From: a virus
Virus genome (UHGV): UHGV-0211321
Length of the DNA stretch: 34,484 nt
Reading direction: 5' to 3' (one strand)
Shown here: positions 6,794 to 16,037 of the stretch, in pieces
Layout: the number at the start of each line of letters is the position of its first letter
How positions within the stretch are numbered: position 1 is the stretch's first letter
Translations under genes and position numbers: made by a program
Notes under the pieces: model-generated
Database searches by the model: none
What the model saw: only the letters and a program-made list of their open reading frames with translations
What the model was told of the DNA's origin: nothing

Positions 6794-7701
6794 TAGATCA
6801 CCCCGACTTTCTCAAGAGTGAACACATTTTGCTTTGGATCATCAACGGTTGCGATGATCAAGGCTCCTTCTTCAATCGGGAATTCTACAGTTCCAACTTT
6901 TTCGACTTCGTGATTATCTGAAAAGAGATCATCCTGTAAAATATCAGTCACTTCAATCTCACCGTATTCAATCGTGAAAAGTGTTGCTCGTAATTTCTGA
7001 TATAGATAATCCATATCTGCCAGCAAGCGCTCTGAAATAGACGCATGACGAACTCCTTGAATATCAACACGTGCATCCATTAATTCGGCTAACATTACTC
7101 CACCTGGATCGATAGACTTCAAAATATCTTTGATTGATTCAAACCATTTTAAATAATCGGTTTCTTGTCCTTCTCTCCATGCTTCAAATGTATTTTGTTG
7201 ATCTTGTCGCCATTGTTCAAATTCTTTTTTGCGTGCATTCATCCAATCTGTGAAGTCGCCTTTGTTTTCATTGATAAAAGCTGTCATATCCGCAATTAAA
7301 TCTTCGACTGTCTGCCAATACGATCCCATTTCACCCTCTGTTTTTGAGACGGCTTTAATCACAAAATAGGAGAAGTCTTGCGTCGTAGCAATTAATTCAT
7401 CATCTCTATAAATGATAAAATCTGCTGTTTGGCGATGTAGGCATTGCATCGAATATTGATCAAATGTGTACTGAATTTTTCCTTTTTTTGCATCAATGAC
7501 TTTAGTACCTAATTGAACTGGGTATTTGTCTCCGACAACTGATTCAAAATAGACTTTACAACCAGTTAGATCATAGGGCATTCCATTTTCAGTGATGGTT
7601 GCTTCCATAACTTCGGAATTCTTATTGCCTTGCCGTACCTGAATCATTCCGACATAGTTATAAGGCTCAGTTGTGCTGAGTACTACGTTCCACTTTGCCA
7701 T
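6793..7701 (-). CDS. baseplate upper protein (BppU-like) / receptor-binding protein anchor
   Basis: 302 aa. N-terminus MAKWNVVLSTTEPYNYVG typical of BppU N-domains, central coiled coil. C-terminus carries the EKVG motif twice (...HEVEKVGTVEF...FTLEKVGVI). Confidence 0.55.
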   Translation of the reverse strand: MAKWNVVLSTTEPYNYVGMIQVRQGNKNSEVMEATITENGMPYDLTGCKVYFESVVGDKYPVQLGTKVIDAKKGKIQYTFDQYSMQCLHRQTADFIIYRDDELIATTQDFSYFVIKAVSKTEGEMGSYWQTVEDLIADMTAFINENKGDFTDWMNARKKEFEQWRQDQQNTFEAWREGQETDYLKWFESIKDILKSIDPGGVMLAELMDARVDIQGVRHASISERLLADMDYLYQKLRATLFTIEYGEIEVTDILQDDLFSDNHEVEKVGTVEFPIEEGALIIATVDDPKQNVFTLEKVGVI

Positions 7702-8233
7702 TAATTACCACTCCTTTCTCAAAATCAGGCGGGATACAAATAGAGGCTATCTGACCAGATCCGAAGAATTCACGGTCATATTCTGCCACAATTCCACCTG
7801 ATTCTGCATTTTGTTCATAGGTTTGAATACGCCCATTTTCCAGACCTTTGATTACACCTGTGTGGCCGTAATATTCATGGCTTTCAAATGTATCACTGAT
7901 TTTTGCGTTTCTTTCCCAATTGATAATTGAGCCAACAACTAGCTGGTCATACTCAGGATGAGCGATGACCGTCCATAAATATAATGACCATGGATAGGCT
8001 CGTCCAATTTCAGCAGCGGAAAATACATTGCCATGACGTACTTTAATCTCGTATTGTGTACCTGCCCCCATGTCAGGACCAATCATCACACCGGCATATT
8101 CCGCAGATAATGCATAACATTGATGGTTTCCGATAGGTTGATTCAACAAACTTTTCAAATGATTTAATCCTTTTTCTTCGATCACAAAATCACCTCTATT
8201 TCTTCGCTCTGGCGAGACAAACATCGCCGCCAT
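7667..8233 (-). CDS. standalone CHAP-domain (cysteine, histidine-dependent amidohydrolase/peptidase) protein
   Basis: Motifs GNHQCYALSAEYAG ... YGHTGVI ... TYEQN (Cys...His...E-Q-N). The ATG at 8233 has a weak SD. An alternative GTG at about 8185 has SD agaggtga. Either way it overlaps the Tal stop slightly. Confidence 0.55.
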   Translation of the reverse strand: MAAMFVSPERRNRGDFVIEEKGLNHLKSLLNQPIGNHQCYALSAEYAGVMIGPDMGAGTQYEIKVRHGNVFSAAEIGRAYPWSLYLWTVIAHPEYDQLVVGSIINWERNAKISDTFESHEYYGHTGVIKGLENGRIQTYEQNAESGGIVAEYDREFFGSGQIASICIPPDFEKGVVINGKVERSTQHN

Positions 8234-11018
8234 TTAATAAATACCCGAAGGACCAATCGACGCGACCGATACCAACACCATTGGAATTCATGCCACCCAT
8301 TTCAACAATAGAAGTGCTATATCCCTTCCAATCCTCTGCTAAAATAGCGGTATGTCCATCATTACCAGCACCAGCACCTAAATTAACAATGATGATATCT
8401 CCGGCTTTCGCTTCATTTGGAGATATTTCAGTCAGATACTGACGTGCCCCTCTTGCATCTGCGGCCATTGAACCTGTGTACCACAGAGTCCCACGTGTTG
8501 CGGTTTTATATCCTGCTTTTGTCAAAGCCAACCACACAAAAGAAGAGCAGTCAGCATACCCATTACGATCAGGATTCTCGACGCTACCAAAATTCCAACG
8601 TAACGGTTGCGAGTAATGGAAATAACCCATCAAGCTTTTGGCTGTACTGAGAATACTGCCAGCAGATGGGACTTGAAGATCTTTGAATTTGTTATACCAA
8701 TTAACTGCCCATCCTTGTCTTTCTGGATGAGTTGTGGCTGGTCTTTCATAGTTTCGTTCAAATGTATAAGCAGCAGCTGCTGGATCAGTCATTGCTTTAA
8801 ATCCAGAAACACTTGCCGGTTGAACAATTCCTAACCATTGACCATTATACATTGTCCAATCTAATAACTTTCCTTGAGCTGACATTGTTCGATAATCTTC
8901 TGTAATTCCTGCAGCTCTCATCAGGTTTTGAACATAAGTCCTGCCATCCCATGTTGCTGGAGGAACCAAAGGATATGCTGAACCATCCCATTGAACGATT
9001 CCATAGGCTGGACCGCCAACTTGTGCAATATCTGGATTCATTGCAGCACCGGCTTCTCCTTGAACATTTCCAAGGATTCCAGCGATGGATGCTTTGGAAT
9101 ACCCTCTAGAAAGAAGCATGACCCATAATTCCCATGCAAATTTGTCTGCTTGACTGGTAACCTCTGGTGGGTACATGCCATTCCAACTACCGCCATCATT
9201 ATTTCCACTTCCGCCTTGTCCAGGGAATACTTCTTGTCCGTTAATTGTGAGTTTTCCGCGAATATTGACGTTTTTCATAAATTCCGCATCACCAAAGGCA
9301 TTTAGCTTTTCCTGTAGGTTTAAACTTCCAAATAATATAGAAGTTCCATTCCCAAGTATTACCCAACCTTTTCCTTCTTTTGGTGAAATGAGAATATATT
9401 TTCCATCGCCATTTGTTCGAATGACTAATGAATTATCTTCTAACGGTGTAGGAGTGGATGCGCCAGGAAAAGGATTGCCTGCAGAATCAGTAGTACCAAT
9501 TGTGCCGATAGATTCCTTGGTGTTCCAGAACTCCATTCCTTTCTTGGTTAGTTCCATGATTTTTTTATTATCATTCCAAATTTGTAACGTACCTTTGACA
9601 ATTTTTAGCACATCGCCCAGATCATTAATTGAGCTTTCAAGAACTTCGGCATTAATAATCCCAACTTTAATGAAGTTAGCTACGATTTCACCCTTCGACG
9701 TCATTGCGATGCCAAACGGGCCATTTACTCCGTTGTCTGAATAACCTAAGCCATTTAAATTCCAACGCCACACACGCTTCGCATTCGCTACATTGGGAGT
9801 ATCCATAATAAGAATCTCTGATGGAGCTTTTTCTGGACGAAAAACGACATGCCCACCAGAATTACCAGTGATCCATGCCGTCGCATTCAACACATTTTGA
9901 ACTAACGTTTCTGTTCGATTGTCGATTTTCTTTTTCAATTCTTGTGCTTGAGTATTTACTGCCGAAGTGTACAGTGATAAATCATTACCTAAAACAATAT
10001 CCTTATATTTCCCAAGCGTTGGGAAATAAGTGTATTCGACCATACGCTCTTTTATCTCGATGTCTAGCTCTTTCGCCCTAACATGAGCGACATCACCAAA
10101 GTGTAAAGACGCTAGCTCTTGATACATCTCACCGTATTCGAGTGTGTGTTCCAACGCCACCATGCTGACTGTATGAGTAGCTTTTGGCTCGTGAATACGG
10201 TCATTGTCAAATAAGGTTTTGCCCCATTTGATCAATTCATCAACTGTTTTACAATCACCATTTTCACGTTTGGCAATACGTCGATTCTCATTGGTCACTC
10301 CATCAATTTCTAAATAACCATATTCGATAGGTTCTTTGTCTTCATCATAATCGTTATCAGGAACCCCGCCAATCAAATACAGGCTATTTACGATGGATTC
10401 TTCATCTATTTCTTCTTCGATTGCTTCTAAATTGATACCAAAATCGATTCGGAAACCATTATCTGATCCAATCTGTTTTACCAGTTTCAAATCATAGTTA
10501 TCCATATCAAGTTCCGCGCTAGTCACGCCAGTCAAATTTTGGTTACCGTTGTTTGAACCAATGATTGCTTCAACTGGCGCGACTTGTCTTGCTGTAAATT
10601 GGTGCGTTGTCCCTACATTCGAAAGATAGTTAAATTTTTGATCAAATGCCAAACTGTTTTTAAGATTGGTCATGATCTGAGAACCGTTGCCGTTATCCGT
10701 GAATGACTTAACGATAAAGTTTTTATTGGCCATAAATCCAATATGACGAGCAGTTACAGAAACAGACGTCAAATTCTTTTTGATATTGTAAATTTCGAAG
10801 TATTGCCATGATCCATCTGGCACCTTCGCTTTTATGAAATTTCCTTTTTTTAAGTAAGACCGATACTGTCCGCTTCTTGAATAGTTACCATAAAAACGAT
10901 ATTGGCCATTCAACACACGATTGATTTCTGGCAAATCTTCCCAGTCAACTAACGACGCTCCGTTCACGCTCAAATCATCTGGCATTTTTTTATAAGCATA
11001 AATAAATTCTTGCGTCAC
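8196..11018 (-). CDS. tail-associated lysin (Tal): prophage-tail N-domain, lysozyme-like domain, C-terminal NlpC/P60-CHAP peptidase
   Basis: 940 aa directly downstream of Dit. Lysozyme-like segment 'ASIAGILGNVQGEAGAAMNP...GPAYGIVQWDG'. C-terminal 'YADCSSFVWLALTKAGY...DGHTAILAEDW' resembles the endolysin catalytic domain. Confidence 0.8.
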   Translation of the reverse strand: MTQEFIYAYKKMPDDLSVNGASLVDWEDLPEINRVLNGQYRFYGNYSRSGQYRSYLKKGNFIKAKVPDGSWQYFEIYNIKKNLTSVSVTARHIGFMANKNFIVKSFTDNGNGSQIMTNLKNSLAFDQKFNYLSNVGTTHQFTARQVAPVEAIIGSNNGNQNLTGVTSAELDMDNYDLKLVKQIGSDNGFRIDFGINLEAIEEEIDEESIVNSLYLIGGVPDNDYDEDKEPIEYGYLEIDGVTNENRRIAKRENGDCKTVDELIKWGKTLFDNDRIHEPKATHTVSMVALEHTLEYGEMYQELASLHFGDVAHVRAKELDIEIKERMVEYTYFPTLGKYKDIVLGNDLSLYTSAVNTQAQELKKKIDNRTETLVQNVLNATAWITGNSGGHVVFRPEKAPSEILIMDTPNVANAKRVWRWNLNGLGYSDNGVNGPFGIAMTSKGEIVANFIKVGIINAEVLESSINDLGDVLKIVKGTLQIWNDNKKIMELTKKGMEFWNTKESIGTIGTTDSAGNPFPGASTPTPLEDNSLVIRTNGDGKYILISPKEGKGWVILGNGTSILFGSLNLQEKLNAFGDAEFMKNVNIRGKLTINGQEVFPGQGGSGNNDGGSWNGMYPPEVTSQADKFAWELWVMLLSRGYSKASIAGILGNVQGEAGAAMNPDIAQVGGPAYGIVQWDGSAYPLVPPATWDGRTYVQNLMRAAGITEDYRTMSAQGKLLDWTMYNGQWLGIVQPASVSGFKAMTDPAAAAYTFERNYERPATTHPERQGWAVNWYNKFKDLQVPSAGSILSTAKSLMGYFHYSQPLRWNFGSVENPDRNGYADCSSFVWLALTKAGYKTATRGTLWYTGSMAADARGARQYLTEISPNEAKAGDIIIVNLGAGAGNDGHTAILAEDWKGYSTSIVEMGGMNSNGVGIGRVDWSFGYLLNGGDVCLARAKK

Positions 11019-11734
11019 AGATACACACTCCTATTCCAAAACCGCACTTCTTTAAATTTTCCGGATATTTTTACCTGATTCCATTCAGGCTGCAATACTG
11101 GCCAATCACCACGCGTAAATAAATTCAAACCTTCTTGTATTGCTTTTCCAAGCTGAGTATCAACCACGATTGTTGCAGCTAACGTATTAAGTATTGTTAG
11201 GCTTTTATCGCCGATAGCAATCGTAATATCTCCTCCGTTCGATTCTATTTCCAGATAGGGATGTGCAATTTCGTCACCATGATCAAAAATATCCATAACA
11301 CTAGAATGAAAAATTTTAGGCGCTTCACCGATTTTTCTTTTGAGTGGCTGACAACGAAAAGTAACATCGAATGTATAAAAGAAGCCCCACTCGTTTTCGA
11401 ATGGGACTTCTTTATCCATGCTGCAGATAGCATCTAGATACTTGTCTGGATCATTATGAGTGATTAATTGGCTTTTACCAGTAAGCCATCTTTTGACTTC
11501 CCTCAGTTTGGAATGTGGGATAGTGATCCCTTCTATTTCTAAATCAAAAGGTTCATAATCATCAAACGTCTCCGTCAATTCTCCGCTTCGGCCCTGAACC
11601 GTGTAAGTTTCGTATCGCTTGTTCGGCATAATATCTGGAAGCTCTACCTCAATGATGCAATCCATATCAATTACTGCATTCCGATTTTTCCAAATAAAAT
11701 TTGGTTCATCTGGATTCATAAATTGTCGACTCAA
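11015..11734 (-). CDS. distal tail protein (Dit)
   Basis: 239 aa, between the tape measure and Tal, overlapping both by 4 nt. This is the canonical siphophage order. Confidence 0.7.
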   Translation of the reverse strand: MSRQFMNPDEPNFIWKNRNAVIDMDCIIEVELPDIMPNKRYETYTVQGRSGELTETFDDYEPFDLEIEGITIPHSKLREVKRWLTGKSQLITHNDPDKYLDAICSMDKEVPFENEWGFFYTFDVTFRCQPLKRKIGEAPKIFHSSVMDIFDHGDEIAHPYLEIESNGGDITIAIGDKSLTILNTLAATIVVDTQLGKAIQEGLNLFTRGDWPVLQPEWNQVKISGKFKEVRFWNRSVYL

Positions 11735-14034
11735 ATAGGAACACCCCCCAAATCATAAATAGCCTGTTGGTTTGCTTTAGCAAATTTACGATTCATACGA
11801 TCTAACTCAGATGGATTGTTTGCATCGACTTTACCAATGTGTATATGCTGTTCAATGCTACCTCCGGAAACTCTTCCGCTGATTCCTTTGCGTTTTTCTT
11901 CGTCAGATAATGGGGTAACTGTTGTTTTTCCATTTTTTGCAGTCAGTAACTCTGGACCAGCTTCACCAACGATTGCTTGACCATTGATTAGATGACCGCC
12001 TTGTGCTAGATAAGGTATCTTATCAAAGTGAATACCTTTTCCACCTACAATTGGAACACCTTTAGGTACTTTTATTTTATTAGCTAGACCTATGAAATCG
12101 TTAATTAAACCTATTAATCCATTAATTGGTGCTTTTGCTAGTGCTACGATTCCATCAAATATCCCACCAAAGATATTGACAACACCGTCCCAAGCTTTTG
12201 ACCAATTACCCGTAAATACACCAGTTACAAAATCGAGAAAACCGTTAAATATTCTTTTGCCAGCATTAAAATAATTATTGAAGTTTGCTATGATTCCGCC
12301 AAACACTCCGCCAATAAATCCGCCTAAAAAATTGAATACTTCAACAGCTACATCTGATACACCTTTGAAGAAAGCATTCACGCCATCACGAAACCATTTG
12401 ACTTTGTTATATGCTAAAACAAAACCAGCGATTAACACTGCGATGCCTGCAATCACTAAAACGAATGGATTAGCCGCTAAAAACCCAGCCATTGCTTGCC
12501 AAACTCCTATAAAACTTTTAACTCCCCCAACGATTTTTGTAACAGATCCCATAAGTGAACCAAGAACGATTAGTACTGGTCCAACTGCTGCCGCTATACC
12601 AGCAATTGTTATGATCCAATTCTTTGTATCTTGATCTAGAGACCCCCACCATTTAGAGAATTCCTGTAATAAGGAAGTTGCTTTTTCAAAAAAAGGAAAA
12701 AGGCTTACTTGGACTGCTTCACCTACGTCAGCCATTGCTAATTTTGCATTGTTCATAGCTTGATCGGCTTGATCAATTGGGTCGAGAGTAGCATCGAATG
12801 TGTCTCCTACAGCTCCCCCACTTTCTCCAGCAGTTTTTGCTAAATCTTCCAGGTTCAAAGTACCTCTACGAATTGCATCGGCCATTCTAGGACCGCCTTT
12901 AGTCCCGAATACTTCTGCTGCTGCATTGATGGCTTCTGTTTCAGAACCTGCATTTTTTACCTTGTCTTGCAATTCCCCGAGACCCTGACTTAGAGATTTT
13001 CCATCTTTTGCATAAGCTACTGTCGCTTTAGATAAACTACTCAAAGCTGCACTTGAGTCAACACCGCTTTGTTCAAATTGTCCAAGCAAAGTGACTCCTT
13101 CTCCGAAGCTCAATCCTAGTTGTTTAATTTGTGGTGCGCCATCAATTGCTTTTTGCATCAAGTCGTCTACAGATTGACCAGTATTCTGCGATGTTTTCGT
13201 TGTTACATCAAGGACAGAATTCAAATCATCATATTCTAGTCCATAAGCATCAATAGCTTGTCGAGCAGATATTGCTGATTGCGAAACATCTGTATCATTG
13301 ATTTCAGCGTACTGTAGGAGATAATTGGTTGAATCTTCCAGTTTTTTATCCATGAATCCAAATTGTGTATTTACCTCACCAATAGCTTCCCCAACCGTTT
13401 GTAAAGGTAAATGAGTATTTGAACCAACGTTTTTGAAAGACTGTGAAAGTCTATCAGCTTGATCACCTGTTGCTCCGGTTTTTGTAATGATGGTATCAAG
13501 TGCCTCGTCAACTTCACCAAATGCTGCAAGTCCTGCTGCTCCTGCCGCTACAATAGGCGCGGTTACTCCAACAGACATTTTTTCACCAACGCCTTTTACT
13601 TTCTCACCTGTTTCTTCGATTTTCTGGAGTTTTTTTGCTGTATCAACAGAAACGTCACCTTGTTCTTTAAGTGCATCGTTCGTCTGTTCTAATGCTGTAC
13701 GAAGCTTATTTTCTCCAGTTTCCGAATTAAGCAATTGCTTATATAATTTTTCTGATTCAGCAGAATATTCGCCTGTCTCTTTGACAGATTTTTCATATTC
13801 TTCTCTCAACATTTGAGATCGTTGTTCAGCTAACCCCAGTTGTTTTTCTAACTTTTGTTTAGCCGCTCGCAATTTTTCTGTTTGAGTTGCATCCTTGTCC
13901 ATCGCAGACACTTGGTTTTTGTACTCGGCAGCGGCTAAGTTCATTTCTTTGTTGATTTCTTTGATTGTTTTCGAATAACTGACTTCGCCATTCGTTTTAA
14001 AATTAAGAACGACATCAGATTCTTTACCAGCCAT
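11731..14034 (-). CDS. tail tape measure protein
   Basis: 767 aa. Long coiled-coil N-half (EKLRAAKQKLEKQLGLAEQR...), central hydrophobic/Gly-rich transmembrane-like block (ITIAGIAAAVGPVLIVLGSLMG...), SD aaaggag. Confidence 0.85.
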   Translation of the reverse strand: MAGKESDVVLNFKTNGEVSYSKTIKEINKEMNLAAAEYKNQVSAMDKDATQTEKLRAAKQKLEKQLGLAEQRSQMLREEYEKSVKETGEYSAESEKLYKQLLNSETGENKLRTALEQTNDALKEQGDVSVDTAKKLQKIEETGEKVKGVGEKMSVGVTAPIVAAGAAGLAAFGEVDEALDTIITKTGATGDQADRLSQSFKNVGSNTHLPLQTVGEAIGEVNTQFGFMDKKLEDSTNYLLQYAEINDTDVSQSAISARQAIDAYGLEYDDLNSVLDVTTKTSQNTGQSVDDLMQKAIDGAPQIKQLGLSFGEGVTLLGQFEQSGVDSSAALSSLSKATVAYAKDGKSLSQGLGELQDKVKNAGSETEAINAAAEVFGTKGGPRMADAIRRGTLNLEDLAKTAGESGGAVGDTFDATLDPIDQADQAMNNAKLAMADVGEAVQVSLFPFFEKATSLLQEFSKWWGSLDQDTKNWIITIAGIAAAVGPVLIVLGSLMGSVTKIVGGVKSFIGVWQAMAGFLAANPFVLVIAGIAVLIAGFVLAYNKVKWFRDGVNAFFKGVSDVAVEVFNFLGGFIGGVFGGIIANFNNYFNAGKRIFNGFLDFVTGVFTGNWSKAWDGVVNIFGGIFDGIVALAKAPINGLIGLINDFIGLANKIKVPKGVPIVGGKGIHFDKIPYLAQGGHLINGQAIVGEAGPELLTAKNGKTTVTPLSDEEKRKGISGRVSGGSIEQHIHIGKVDANNPSELDRMNRKFAKANQQAIYDLGGVPI

Positions 14035-14046
14035 TTATCTTAGCGC

Positions 14047-14250
14047 TCCTTTCTACCACCAAGGCGATTTATCCATAGTTACAGATTGAGGTGGTTCAAA
14101 ATCGGTGTTTTGTTGTAACCACTGTAAATAAGATTTGAGCCACAAGTTAGGTGTAGACTTCAAAAAGAAACTCTCACTCCAATTCAATAGAGTGAGAGCA
14201 ACGTAAATATAAAAACTCCAAGGAGTTCCTATCTCTTCCGATTCTTTTTG
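14047..14250 (-). CDS. -1 frame extension giving a G-T type tail chaperone fusion (programmed frameshift product)
   Basis: After the chaperone stop (14229-14231) the -1 frame stays open for about 63 codons (KESEEIGTPWSFYIYVALTLLNWSESFFLKSTPNLWLKSYLQWLQQNTDFEPPQSVTMDKSPWW), ending just before the tape-measure SD. A run CAAAAAG sits about 14 nt before the G stop. Confidence 0.5.
14171..14210 (-). terminator. hairpin plus U-tract inside the G-T extension (terminator/attenuator-like)
   Basis: Perfect 8-bp stem tctcactc/gagtgaga with 10-nt loop, followed on the minus strand by gtttctttttg. Confidence 0.35.
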
Positions 14251-14692
14251 TTTACCTTTCTTTTTGCTTGCGTTTTTTGAAAGTCTTGTGGCTTCTTGGA
14301 TTTTTTTAGGTCTTCCACCTGAAATGTCTGGCTAGCAAAAATTTCCATACAGGTACTATAAGCAGACAACACCTCTCCACTCATTCCCAAAAATTTGAAA
14401 ATAGTTTCTGGATCTTCCTCTAAACCACCAGTACGCAGCATGGCATAAATCAAGGCACGCATGATTTTTAGATCACTAGGCGATAAGTTAGCAGAAGAAA
14501 TTTGTCCTTCTTTTTTAGATAGCATGGCGTTCATATCAGATTCAAATTGCGAATAATCTCCACCATACACATCTGCTATAAATTCCATCGTTTGCATAGT
14601 AAATGAAATAGGGAATTCTGCGCCTTGAATAATGACAACAGCAGAATTCTTTAAATCATCAACATGAATCCCATAATCGGCAAGTCTGGCCA
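14229..14692 (-). CDS. tail assembly chaperone (gpG-like)
   Basis: Track ORF 14229-14747. The ATG at 14692 (MARLADYGIHV...) overlaps the major-tail stop (taATG) and has SD ggaggtgg. Acidic protein with a basic C-tail, between major tail and tape measure. Confidence 0.7.
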
Positions 14693-15337
14693 TTATTTGC
14701 CACCTCCAGTTTCTGGTGGTGTAGTTTCTGCTATCAACGTTTTCCATTGTGCTTCGTCGTAGACTGGTTGTGCAATGAATTTTTCAAATAAATCCATTGT
14801 CGCTTCTTCACGATTCGAATCAAAACTTGCATACATCACATTATTGTATTTCAGTCCTGTAGAAACAAAGTTTGCAGTTACATCATCGATTTTTGTTTCA
14901 TCTTCAGCAGTAGCGTATTCTTCATCAATTACATTAGATAGTTGCGTGTTTGGATACCATACAGCTTTTTTACCTCCGCCTTCAATATTTCCAATGAATC
15001 CAAATGCAAGGTAAGGAAATTCTCGTGCGGTATTTTTACTAAATGTTACTCCGCTTTTTGCAATCATCCCTTTGATTTCATCCATTACCGCAATTGGAAT
15101 ACCTACATGATCCAACGCAATTTCATGTTTTGTTTCTCGGGACACGCGTCGGAACATTTTGCTTGATGCCCATTTTTCCAACGCTGTACCATTGCCTTTG
15201 ACTCCAATTTTTGTAGCGATAGGCAACCGGACAACTTCACTATAAGTCGGAGCAGTTCCAACAGAATCTGGCGTTGCCATCATCGCGATTAAAATGTCGT
15301 CCAATCCTTCAAAATAAAAAGTATCTTGCTTTCCCAA
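14693..15337 (-). CDS. major tail protein
   Basis: 214 aa in the position between head-tail connectors and chaperone. Residue composition typical of siphophage major tail proteins. Confidence 0.75.
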   Translation of the reverse strand: MGKQDTFYFEGLDDILIAMMATPDSVGTAPTYSEVVRLPIATKIGVKGNGTALEKWASSKMFRRVSRETKHEIALDHVGIPIAVMDEIKGMIAKSGVTFSKNTAREFPYLAFGFIGNIEGGGKKAVWYPNTQLSNVIDEEYATAEDETKIDDVTANFVSTGLKYNNVMYASFDSNREEATMDLFEKFIAQPVYDEAQWKTLIAETTPPETGGGK

Positions 15338-15343
15338 TTAAAA

Positions 15344-15709
15344 TCATCCTTCCCATAAATCAAGTATTTTCTTCGTCATGATCTCTTCGATTTTTTCTTT
15401 ATTTTGTTCATACGTACCGCTTGCAAAGTGTTGTGCTTTTTGTTTTGTCGTACCATTTTCGGTAAAGCGCCAGTAAAAAGCAGTCTCTTCAAACTGGACT
15501 TTCACTCGGTCTTCTTCAACAACAACTTTTATTTGTTCGCTCATATGCTTCTTTTTAAGCAGGGACTTAGGAATATTAGGAAGCAACTGCTCTAGGTAAA
15601 ACTTTGCAGCTTCTTCTAAAGATTCCAATGATAATTTTTTTGGATCAACTCTAGAAAGATTCCCTAAATAATCCGATATTTCAGAAAAACCATTCTTATT
15701 ACTTGGCAT
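15344..15709 (-). CDS. tail terminator / tail completion protein
   Basis: 121 aa, the fourth of four small genes between capsid and major tail. Confidence 0.5.
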   Translation of the reverse strand: MPSNKNGFSEISDYLGNLSRVDPKKLSLESLEEAAKFYLEQLLPNIPKSLLKKKHMSEQIKVVVEEDRVKVQFEETAFYWRFTENGTTKQKAQHFASGTYEQNKEKIEEIMTKKILDLWEG

Positions 15710-16037
15710 TTTCCATACACCTCACATATGTGTAATAGTTGGTTACGGTATCGTCGTTCTCATCACCTTGTATACCTGTAAAATCTGAATATGGAATACC
15801 AGCATTTTGTAACGCTTCTTCAATAACAGCTAAATCCTGTTCTGTTCCAAGTGTGAAAAAAGAAATTTGATAATACGGTAATTTTTTATAGACTTTACCG
15901 GATGCCATTTTTTTACTGTTACTCACATTTGAGTACACGATGTATGGATACATCGTCCCTAATCTGGCTTTATCTCTGAACACTGGCAACTTTGTTGATT
16001 TCAGCGCTGTTTTCAATTCATCAAAGCTAATCGACAT
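15699..16037 (-). CDS. HK97 gp10-family head-tail joining protein
   Basis: 112 aa. Size, order and N-terminus (MSISFDELKTALKST) fit the gp10-like family. Confidence 0.5.
   Translation of the reverse strand: MSISFDELKTALKSTKLPVFRDKARLGTMYPYIVYSNVSNSKKMASGKVYKKLPYYQISFFTLGTEQDLAVIEEALQNAGIPYSDFTGIQGDENDDTVTNYYTYVRCMENAK

Noticed and set aside
8185-8240. Programmed +1 frameshift fusing Tal to the downstream CHAP ORF
   Set aside because: No recognisable shifty motif at the overlap and a plausible GTG plus SD independent start exists. Retained only as a possibility in the finding.
9175-9744. Plus-strand ORFs antisense to Tal, tape measure and other structural genes (e.g. 8417-8650, 9175-9744, 12278-12634, 12800-12988, 13487-13816, 14775-15166, 5280-5579, 5663-5953, 6597-6821)
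   Set aside because: They are nested antisense within long, well-supported minus-strand genes. They lack SDs and give Pro/Ser-rich or low-complexity translations (5663-5953 is just the antisense of the collagen-like repeats).
11245-11433. Small nested minus-strand ORFs (11245-11433, 16688-16873, 18576-18779, 22444-22752, 29271-29489, 24737-24973)
   Set aside because: Alternative-frame ORFs inside or overlapping confidently assigned genes, with no independent support.
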